Positions 16,643 to 23,576 of a stretch of DNA of 25,369 nt are shown here, in pieces; the first letter of the stretch is position 1; each line of letters begins with the position of its first letter. Position numbers and translations under genes: made by a program. This DNA is from a virus (taxonomy: Duplodnaviria > Caudoviricetes): the IMG/VR virus record IMGVR_UViG_3300044878_000140, positions 1 through 25,369 of that record; one strand, written 5' to 3'. Under the pieces are notes generated by a model. The model saw only the letters and a program-made list of their open reading frames with translations. It was not told where the DNA came from and made no database searches.

Positions 16643-18415
16643 ATGGCTTACATGAAAGATTCCAAGGGGCGGAAGCTCGACACTTTCGAAGTTGAAGCCA
16701 AGGCGTTCACGCCGCCGCTCAAATTCACGTCCCTCCCCGGCGCCCTGTCTGGCAAGAGCCAGTACAACGGCACCTCCTACAATCAGGATTCCGTTTCGAC
16801 CGGCGACGGTAAACGCTACGCCGTCTGGTACGACGAAACCGGGGCGCTCATCATAGGGAAGCGGACCCTGCCGAACGGACTCTGGTCAACGTTCAGCCTG
16901 TCCACCATTGCGGGAAACCCGCTGGTGCTGCCCGTGGACAATGACCCCCACAACAGCGCCTCCATGATTGTGGACGCCGCCGGCTACATCCACGTTGCGG
17001 CCAACATGCACGGCGACGTCCTACGCTACGTGCGCTCCACCAACCCTCACGACATCACCGCGTGGACCGCACCCGGAATGACCGGATCGAATGAAACGCA
17101 GGTAACTTACCCCCGTTTCGCGCTTCACACTGACGGCACCCTGTTCTTCCTCTACCGCGACGGGGCGTCCGGCTTCGGCGACCTGTTCCTGAACAAGTGG
17201 AACGGCGCCGCATGGACTCAGGTAGGCAAGCTCGCAGACGGTAAGACGACCAGCGAAAACCCCTACGAGTCCAGGTTCGTCGTCGGGCGTGACGGTTCCC
17301 TCAACCTTGCGATCACGTGGCGCCCGAACGGCGGTGACGCGAACTCCAACAATGACGTGCACTTCATCAAGTCCGCTGACAAGGGTGTGACGTGGACGAA
17401 TGTCTCCGGCACCGCTGTGACCATCCCGTTCACACACTCCAACACCACCGCGCTGGTTCTCGACACTGCCGCGACGAACTCTGGCATCATCAACCAGTTC
17501 GGCCTCGACACGGACACGAACAACCGGCCGCACATCGCCCTGATGCTCGCTGATGGCGGCACCCCAGACCGGAACATCCACCACCTATGGTGGAACGGGA
17601 CAGCGTGGGTAAATGATCAGGTCACCGACCTCGGCAACGGGTTCTCCATCACCAACTGGACGACCCGCCCCACCATCGCCTGCACCAACGACGGGCGCAC
17701 ACTCATCACCTACAGCACCCCGCGATTCGGAGGAGTCCGGGGAATGTTCCGCCTCGTGGACGTGACGAGTGGAGCTGTCACCGAAGTACCGCTAAGCGAC
17801 TTGGACATGCGCGACGTTGAACCCACCTATGACGGGCGCGCACTCAGGGAACGCAACGAACTGACGTTCATGCTTACCGCGGCCAACGCCGACGTGAACA
17901 ACCCCGGCCCCGAATACTGGAACGTCAACAACTGGGACCGGCAGTGGGGCGGTGTCCTCACCCTGGACCTCGCACAGGTTGGCTCGCTGCTCCGGCGTGA
18001 GGTCCGTCCGCCACGCATCCGCACCATGCAGACCATCGCCGTACCCACCAACGCCTCAGTCACCAACACGTCCGCCGCTGCCGTCACAGGCTCGCTCGGC
18101 AGTCTGACAACCCCGGACATGCGCAACCGCCCGGTGTTCGTCAGGCTCGCCGCCAGGGCGTCCACCACGGGCGGCACACTCACGGTGCAGGTCTTTGAGT
18201 CGCAACAGGGAGGCAGCAACCGGGCGCTCGGTGCGATCGCGTTCACGGCGACCTCAACAGCGTTGCGCGCCACACCGTGGATGCCGCTCGCGTACGGTCC
18301 CATCCTCGGCTCTGACTCGCTGGTTCAAATCCACGCCTACGTCTCGGCAACGTTCACCGGAACGATCAGCGCCGCGACCCTCGAAATCGGCGTGCTCGAC
18401 GGACCGGTGTACTAG
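16643..18415 (+). CDS. BNR_4-family beta-propeller, putative polysaccharide lyase/depolymerase
   Basis: 'DPHNSASM.VD..GYIHVAANMH...LRY..S', 'TYPRF', 'YRDGASG.G' and Asp-box SADKGVTW; GGAGG SD. Confidence 0.78.
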   Translation: MAYMKDSKGRKLDTFEVEAKAFTPPLKFTSLPGALSGKSQYNGTSYNQDSVSTGDGKRYAVWYDETGALIIGKRTLPNGLWSTFSLSTIAGNPLVLPVDNDPHNSASMIVDAAGYIHVAANMHGDVLRYVRSTNPHDITAWTAPGMTGSNETQVTYPRFALHTDGTLFFLYRDGASGFGDLFLNKWNGAAWTQVGKLADGKTTSENPYESRFVVGRDGSLNLAITWRPNGGDANSNNDVHFIKSADKGVTWTNVSGTAVTIPFTHSNTTALVLDTAATNSGIINQFGLDTDTNNRPHIALMLADGGTPDRNIHHLWWNGTAWVNDQVTDLGNGFSITNWTTRPTIACTNDGRTLITYSTPRFGGVRGMFRLVDVTSGAVTEVPLSDLDMRDVEPTYDGRALRERNELTFMLTAANADVNNPGPEYWNVNNWDRQWGGVLTLDLAQVGSLLRREVRPPRIRTMQTIAVPTNASVTNTSAAAVTGSLGSLTTPDMRNRPVFVRLAARASTTGGTLTVQVFESQQGGSNRALGAIAFTATSTALRATPWMPLAYGPILGSDSLVQIHAYVSATFTGTISAATLEIGVLDGPVY

Positions 18416-18474
18416 CTACCAGCGGTCGGCCCATGCCTGGACTTCGCAGACGATGCGCTTCGGAAAATTGAACA

Positions 18475-19872
18475 CTAGAGTCTCCCCGCTGCTGAGTAGG
18501 CGAATTGTCGGGGCACTGGGGCCGTCTTCGCTTCGCGCACAGGCGGGGCGGTCCCAGGCATCTGGGCAAACGCGCTTGCGATCATGAACCAGACAAGGAA
18601 ACCGATCACTGGCCAAGTGAACAAATCGAAGATCATAGCGGTGATGGTCACGGCCAGAAGCAATACTCGGAGCGTTGCCGGCGCCTTCCGGAAGGCGCCG
18701 GCCATGACAGCCATGAGCAGGATCAATCCCAGGATGCCGTTCTGAGCGAGGGTCAGAACAAACTGGTTATCCACTGCGGCGAACCCATCCGTCTGCAATA
18801 GGCCTTGAGAGAAGAGGCGCGGCGCCGCGGCGCTTCCGTCCCCAATGAGTGAGGCGATCGTGTCGCGATCATTCACGAGGCCATCGATGGCGGTCAACGC
18901 GCCGAGCCGATGCTCCACGGACCCCGAACCCACGAGCTCCTGAAACTTCTCAAGCAGGAACGGAAATGCCAGGACTAGTCCCGCCAGAGCTGCGCTTCCA
19001 ATTAGAGGCAACCGCGTAAGCAATGACGGAATAAGGAACGTCAGCAGCGTCAAAAGGACAAACAGAATCAGCGCGTTCCGGCTGCCTGAGACGAAAACGC
19101 CCCCAGCCAGCAATACGAAAATCCCGAATCTCACCACGCCGAGCCAGAGCTTGGTACGGAGCACGAGAATAGCTCCGATTATGAGGGAGAAGGCGAACGG
19201 TAGCGGGTGGCCGAAAGTTCCCTGTGCTCGCGGCATGGAGGCAACGACCTCGTTCCGGATCCATGTTGAACTACCATCGGGCAGGATGCGACCTCCGCGC
19301 CAGATGGGGGCGCTAAGCCTGAACACCTCATAGATGCCGATGGCCGCCTCGGCGACGGTGGCCAAGATAAGCACCTTGGCCACGATGTGCCATGCGCGAA
19401 TCTTGGCGGCAGCGCTAGCGAAGACAACAGCGGCGAACGCGACAGCTACCTCGATCGCGAAGAACGACCACTCGTTGGGATCGTCAACTAGCGATGTGGC
19501 AATGAGCCCGAGCGTGAAGAAAATAAGCAGGAGCCAGATCAGGCTCTTAGCCGGTGAAGCCTTGATCCTTACGGCCACAGCCAGGGCAGAAACTATGATG
19601 ATGGCCGGCACCGCAATACGCAAAGCATTTTCTGCTGTCGTGAGGCGCAGGATCGGGATCGCCATCAGCGATCCAATGACCAGGGCGAAGTGGACGGCAA
19701 AGAAGGTGTGGACCTTCCACCCGAATGACCACAGGAATACGCCCCCTACAAGCAGGCCAGCCGCAACGATCGGGGCAAACACCACGAGCAGCACGGCCGC
19801 AGTTACGGCGGCCACGGAGCCTAGAGCCCATGAAATTTCGCTGCTGTAAACGTCGCGTTTGATCCGCGGCAC
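18475..19872 (-). CDS. O-antigen ligase / Wzy-like polysaccharide polymerase (Wzy_C family)
   Basis: More than 10 hydrophobic segments; 'RAQGTFGHP', 'SGSR', 'S..HR', 'LIGDG' and 'VDNQFV..L...GILGL' motifs. Confidence 0.85.
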   Translation of the reverse strand: MPRIKRDVYSSEISWALGSVAAVTAAVLLVVFAPIVAAGLLVGGVFLWSFGWKVHTFFAVHFALVIGSLMAIPILRLTTAENALRIAVPAIIIVSALAVAVRIKASPAKSLIWLLLIFFTLGLIATSLVDDPNEWSFFAIEVAVAFAAVVFASAAAKIRAWHIVAKVLILATVAEAAIGIYEVFRLSAPIWRGGRILPDGSSTWIRNEVVASMPRAQGTFGHPLPFAFSLIIGAILVLRTKLWLGVVRFGIFVLLAGGVFVSGSRNALILFVLLTLLTFLIPSLLTRLPLIGSAALAGLVLAFPFLLEKFQELVGSGSVEHRLGALTAIDGLVNDRDTIASLIGDGSAAAPRLFSQGLLQTDGFAAVDNQFVLTLAQNGILGLILLMAVMAGAFRKAPATLRVLLLAVTITAMIFDLFTWPVIGFLVWFMIASAFAQMPGTAPPVREAKTAPVPRQFAYSAAGRL

Positions 19873-19902
19873 TGTGCCCCCAAAGTATGTGAATGTCGCC
19901 TA

Positions 19903-19908
19903 AGTCTA
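19903..19908 (-). promoter_or_regulatory. Candidate -10 box (TAGACT) for the wzy-like gene
   Basis: TANNNT 30 nt upstream of the GTG start, with a GGGGG SD-like run. Confidence 0.45.
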
Positions 19909-19911
19909 CGG

Positions 19912-20253
19912 TTACGTCCCACAAGGGGTGGAACAAAGACGGTTCGTGGCATCGTCCGGGAGGATGGCGCCACAAGACCGGCACTGCCCGTTGCGGAGTT
20001 TCGCCGCGGTGTGCAAGCGGCGGAGAGCATCATAGGTTGGGGAGTTGTATTCGTCATCGGTCTGCTGGTGGGCCAAATGCCAGCCGTAGAGCCCTATGAC
20101 GCTACCCACAGCCAACAGGGAATAGGCCAAGACCTTCCACCCGAGTGAGTCCGTGGTCTGGCTGGCTTGGTAGACGCACGCAAAACACGCAACGCCAAAA
20201 GCCAAGGCCAGCAAAAACAGAGCCTTCAGCTTGGACTCTCCCCCGATACGCAT
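19912..20253 (-). CDS. 2-TM membrane protein with C-terminal Cys4 zinc-ribbon-like motif
   Basis: ATG 20253 lies 6 nt after TATTAT; two TM helices; CRSC-x12-CSTPC. Confidence 0.65.
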   Translation of the reverse strand: MRIGGESKLKALFLLALAFGVACFACVYQASQTTDSLGWKVLAYSLLAVGSVIGLYGWHLAHQQTDDEYNSPTYDALRRLHTAAKLRNGQCRSCGAILPDDATNRLCSTPCGT

Positions 20254-20304
20254 GCCCCAATAATAAGGGCCCATAAGACCGGTTAAGTTCCCCAACGAAA
20301 TATT

Positions 20305-20337
20305 GCCCCGTCCTCCATCCCGGAGGACGGGGCTTTT
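20305..20337 (+). terminator. Intrinsic terminator ending rightward late transcription
   Basis: GCCCCGTCCTCC-ATCCC-GGAGGACGGGGC followed by TTTT; perfect 12-bp stem. Confidence 0.85.
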
Positions 20338-20344
20338 CGTCGTC

Positions 20345-20630
20345 CCCAGGGAGTCCTCAGGGAGCCTCGGCACCTGCAGAGCACTTTCGAGCACTGTAAC
20401 ATTGGGTAAATCACCGGACCCTCACGGAAGAACTCTAGGTAACTCGACACGCCCGGCATGCACCAAAAAGCCCCGCCGTTCCAGGGATTATCCGGAACAG
20501 CGGGGCTACGTAACTTGGTCAAAGTTGGTACACTAGACTAGGTAACAATGAGCCAGCCGCACGCCGTTCCAGTGCATCTTTTCCCCGTAAACACTGGGGA
20601 CTTTGGTCCTCCAGGGAGGAATTGGGGAGG
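20345..20630. other. Putative attP region
   Basis: Non-coding region downstream of int. CAGGGAG-type repeats occur in 11-bp-spaced pairs (20347/20358 and 20612/20623) and flank an imperfect inverted repeat TTGGTAC-N10-GTAACAA (20525-20548). Confidence 0.6.
20465..20507 (-). terminator. Intrinsic terminator for leftward transcription
   Basis: AGCCCCGCcGTTCC...GGAACaGCGGGGCT stem with A5 on the left (U tract on the minus strand). Confidence 0.75.
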
Positions 20631-20700
20631 TCTGGCTCCCAACTAAAAACCCCGCGGTGCGCAAACACCCGGGGCTTTGACCGACTTTCGAGGAGTCGAT

Positions 20701-21171
20701 ATGACAAGTGTACGGGAACACATCATGAGCCGCGTCGAAACCAACGCGGCAGGGTGCTGGATCTTCCAAGGTGCAATCACCTCCCGCGGGTACGGATCGA
20801 TCAGTGTGGACGGCGTAATCCACAGTACCCACACCAGAATGTACCTCGCATCCGGGCGGGTCATCCCGGACGGCATGGAGGTAGACCACCTCTGCCACGG
20901 GCGGACGGACTGCAAGGGCGGTGTGGACTGCCCGCACCGGGCCTGCTGCAACCCGGACAACCTTGAAGCGGTCCCCAAGAGCGTCAACTGGGAACGCGGA
21001 AAGTCGCCCAGCCGGATCAACTCCCTCCGGACCGAATGCAAGCACGGGCACCCGCTGAGCGGTGATAACGTCCTGATCGCTCACCGCGCCGGGCGCAACC
21101 CGACCCGGCAGTGCAGGGCGTGCCACCGGAAAATTAACCGGGAGTTCCGGCGCAGGACTAAGGCTGCCTAG
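20701..21171 (+). CDS. HNH endonuclease (HNH_3-type, free-standing)
   Basis: GAGGAG SD, ATG 20701; 'CWIFQG....GYG', 'VDHLC...CCNPDNLEAV...N' and C-terminal CKHGH...CRAC. Confidence 0.9.
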   Translation: MTSVREHIMSRVETNAAGCWIFQGAITSRGYGSISVDGVIHSTHTRMYLASGRVIPDGMEVDHLCHGRTDCKGGVDCPHRACCNPDNLEAVPKSVNWERGKSPSRINSLRTECKHGHPLSGDNVLIAHRAGRNPTRQCRACHRKINREFRRRTKAA

Positions 21172-22253
21172 CGGAACAGCCTGTCCATCCTCTCGGCGAC
21201 GTCATCAAGGTCAGAGTCAAACAGCCCGGCGTACACCGAGAGGGTGATGTCCGCCCGGGCGTGGCCCAGCATCCGCTGGAGGGCCTTGACGTTAGCACCG
21301 GCACTCACGGCCAACGATGCCGCAGTATGGCGCAGGTCGTGCGGATACAGCCCCGGAGGGAAGTCTGAGTCCACCAGGCACGCGGCCTTCACCGCGTTAT
21401 CGAAGTTGATGCCGAAGTTGTTCGGACGGATCATCTTTCCCCGCGGGGAGGTGAATACGAGATCCCTTGCGGCGCCCTCCCCGGCCAGCTCCAGGAACTT
21501 CGCTGTCAGCGGCACGTCACGGGTCAGGTTGGACTTGGGCGTGCCGATGACTGCGGTCCCTTTCACCCACGCCACGGCACGGGAGATGATGGCCCGGCGC
21601 CGCACCGGATCGATGTCGCCGTAACGGAGCTCGGTCAGCTCCCCCATGCGCATGCCGGTCAAGGCAAGGCACCAGATGAACCTCGAGTAGTGCGGCGTGA
21701 TCGACTCGGCTAGCAGCGTCACCTGCGCAGGTTTGAGGTAGGTGTGGGGCCGCATCCTGCGGGACGGGATCTTCACGCCCTTGGCGGGTGACGCAGTAAT
21801 CCTGCCCTCCTCTACGCACCAGTTCAGGAACGTCCTGAACCGCCCGTAGATCGTCTCTACCGTCGTCGGCGCCTTGTCCATCCCGGCCACCCACATTTGC
21901 ACGTCAGAGCGGCGTATGTCGGCCAACACCTTGTCACCCCAGTAGGGGGTGATGGTGTACCCGAGATCCGAGACGGTAGCCTGCCGGGTGGACGCCTTTA
22001 GGTGGACCTGTGCGGCCAACCACTCCGGGAGCAGATCACGCACGAACACCCGGCCCCGGTCCTGGGAGACGTAGGTCCCGGACCGTTGGTGGTGCTCGAT
22101 GTATGTCAGGTGCGCCTTCGCGGCGTCCTTGACGTCGAAGGACTTCTTCCGCTCCTTACCTCCCTCGGTCCAGACGGCACGCCACCGCTTGCCCTTCCCG
22201 TAGAGAGATGTCCGGGTCCGGTCCTTCCTTACCCAGTTGTCCTCGACGCGCAT
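21168..22253 (-). CDS. int: Tyrosine integrase (361 aa)
   Basis: Catalytic residues in TGMRMGE, TPKS, HDLRH, LGHA and VYA; N-terminal arm-binding 'WRAVW...KSF..K..A'; ATG 22253 is coupled by a TAATG overlap. Confidence 0.95.
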   Translation of the reverse strand: MRVEDNWVRKDRTRTSLYGKGKRWRAVWTEGGKERKKSFDVKDAAKAHLTYIEHHQRSGTYVSQDRGRVFVRDLLPEWLAAQVHLKASTRQATVSDLGYTITPYWGDKVLADIRRSDVQMWVAGMDKAPTTVETIYGRFRTFLNWCVEEGRITASPAKGVKIPSRRMRPHTYLKPAQVTLLAESITPHYSRFIWCLALTGMRMGELTELRYGDIDPVRRRAIISRAVAWVKGTAVIGTPKSNLTRDVPLTAKFLELAGEGAARDLVFTSPRGKMIRPNNFGINFDNAVKAACLVDSDFPPGLYPHDLRHTAASLAVSAGANVKALQRMLGHARADITLSVYAGLFDSDLDDVAERMDRLFR

Positions 22254-22561
22254 TAGCGGAGCTCGTGGCCGATGAGGCGTTGCATGATGAGCCATTCGTC
22301 GACGTCGAGGTCCGCGAGGTAGTGCAGGATGTCGTCCCGGGTGACGTTGAGGGCCGCGGCGATGGTGTGGGTGCAGGCCTCGTCCTGTGCGGCGGTGAGG
22401 AGCGCCCGGGGGGTGATGAGGCGCCGGGCCGCCCACCTGCTGGCTTGGTCGCACCGGTCCTGGCATCGGGTGCCGTAGTAGGCGTGGCCGCGGCTGTGCA
22501 TGGCTGCGGATCGATCGGTTGATGCGACGGTCTGGATGGCCGTGGACTTCTCTTTCAACAT
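22253..22561 (-). CDS. Degenerate ImmA/IrrE-like protein (HExxH replaced by HSRGH)
   Basis: 'H..GHAYYG...WAARRLI...IAAALNVT' matches the ImmA C-terminal half; canonical position between repressor and int. Confidence 0.65.
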   Translation of the reverse strand: MLKEKSTAIQTVASTDRSAAMHSRGHAYYGTRCQDRCDQASRWAARRLITPRALLTAAQDEACTHTIAAALNVTRDDILHYLADLDVDEWLIMQRLIGHELR

Positions 22562-22608
22562 CTGTTAGTGCCCCAAGTCTAAGATGCCGCCACTGCAGCG
22601 ACGGGATC

Positions 22609-22633
22609 AAGCTAACACAGTTCCGCAATGTTC
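22609..22633 (-). promoter_or_regulatory. Extended -10 promoter (TGnTAGCTT) with adjacent operator for the immA-like/int operon
   Basis: TAGCTT at 22614-22609; GTTCCGCAATGTTC at 22620-22633 matches the site in the cro promoter. Confidence 0.55.
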
Positions 22634-22681
22634 CTTGATTGTCATAGGTATGTGCTCCATGCGTAGGGACTTTCGGATCCT

Positions 22682-23110
22682 CTAGGATTCACCCAAAAAC
22701 CTGTTTTTATAGTTACGGAATCGATATGAAAGTTCGGCGAGGAGTTCTTCGTCGGTCAGCTGTGAAGCACGTGTTACGGGCTGTTCCGGTGCGCCGTTTA
22801 TTTCCTTGTCGAGGTCCTGCCAGGAGGCCTCCGCGGCACCCTCTTCCATGGAGGCGAGGGTGACGGATTCCACAGGTGTGTCGGCGGCGTTGTCGAGGAC
22901 TTCCTGGATGGACCCGGCCCGCCAGCCGAGAGCCTTCTCGACCTTGCGCTGGTTGGTTTCCCACGCCACGCGGGTGCCCGATTCCATCGTTGCGAGGGTC
23001 TTAGTGTCGACCCCGGCGAGCTTGGCGAAGGGGAGTTGCCGGAGGCCCATGGCGAGGCGGCCTTCTTTGATGAGCAGGCCGATGGTTTCGAGTGCGTCTG
23101 CGTCATTCAC
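22682..23110 (-). CDS. Immunity repressor (XRE HTH, no S24 peptidase domain), 142 aa
   Basis: HTH 'R...GLRQ..FAKLAGVDTKTLATMESG...VEKALGW..GSI' and C-terminal 'LTDEELLAEL..R'; divergent from cro. Confidence 0.85.
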   Translation of the reverse strand: MNDADALETIGLLIKEGRLAMGLRQLPFAKLAGVDTKTLATMESGTRVAWETNQRKVEKALGWRAGSIQEVLDNAADTPVESVTLASMEEGAAEASWQDLDKEINGAPEQPVTRASQLTDEELLAELSYRFRNYKNRFLGES

Positions 23111-23116
23111 AGCTTC

Positions 23117-23145
23117 ATCGTGTCTTACGTAAGTTCGGCTTACAA
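23117..23145 (-). promoter_or_regulatory. Leaderless repressor promoter
   Basis: TTGTAA-17-CACGAT-6-GTG; perfect palindrome CTTACGTAAG (23124-23133) lies in the spacer. Confidence 0.6.
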
Positions 23146-23195
23146 GTGGGCTATTGCGCGGAAGACTACCCGCGTTTGGGGAACTGACTACCTGT

Positions 23196-23211
23196 TCGAA
23201 CACATATTCGA
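23196..23211. promoter_or_regulatory. LexA (SOS) box
   Basis: TCGAAC-ACAT-ATTCGA, 11/12 match to the actinobacterial consensus TCGAAC-N4-GTTCGA. Confidence 0.75.
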
Positions 23212-23264
23212 AAGTTACATACCTGTCATTCATATGCCACTTTCGCACTGTTCCCGTGTCGGAG

Positions 23265-23293
23265 TAGACAAGTTCACTAGTGTTCCGTATTGT
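23265..23293 (+). promoter_or_regulatory. Early lytic promoter (leaderless, drives cro)
   Basis: TAGACA-17-TATTGT-7-ATG; overlaid by three GTTC repeats at a 10-bp period. Confidence 0.75.
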
Positions 23294-23300
23294 TCTGGAT

Positions 23301-23576
23301 ATGACCACTACAAAAAAGCCGCGGCGATACATCCCGCGCACCCACTCGGACACCAACCCCGCCAAGACCGGCCGCATCATCCGCCAGCTCCGGATTAACA
23401 AGGCCATGACGCAGGAAGAGATCGCCACGGCCGCCGGCTACAAGCACGCGCACAGCATCTCCCGCATCGAGTCGGGCTCCATGCCGATCCCGGACGCGAA
23501 GCTCCTCAAGGTCGCCCGGTACCTGGCGATTGATCCTGACAAGATCCGCAAGCCCGCCGTGAAGGTCGGCCGATGA
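23301..23576 (+). CDS. Cro-like XRE HTH regulator
   Basis: 'IRQLRINKAMTQEEIATAAGY....ISRIESG'; first gene of the rightward early operon. Confidence 0.88.
   Translation: MTTTKKPRRYIPRTHSDTNPAKTGRIIRQLRINKAMTQEEIATAAGYKHAHSISRIESGSMPIPDAKLLKVARYLAIDPDKIRKPAVKVGR

Noticed and set aside
20254-20394. Longer start for the zinc-ribbon membrane protein (160 aa)
   Set aside because: It runs through the terminator hairpin and att arm repeats; a -10 box sits 6 nt before ATG 20253.
20520-20635. tRNA or tmRNA gene or 3' fragment at attP
   Set aside because: TGGT.. starts are present on the plus strand, but no T-arm consensus or cloverleaf can be built.
22254-22628. 125-codon N-terminal extension of the integrase ORF (486 aa in the track)
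   Set aside because: Arg/Pro/His-rich shadow of the overlapping ImmA-like gene. The TAATG-coupled ATG at 22253 begins a normal arm-binding domain.
23257-23278. TGTCGG resembling the PafBC (RecA-NDp) DNA-damage promoter motif
   Set aside because: The required TA-N3-T ten bases downstream is absent (it reads TTCACT).
23204-23428. Repressor ORF extension to 248 aa
   Set aside because: It overlaps cro and its promoter antisense and has no initiation signal. Only the extension to GTG 23203 has promoter support.
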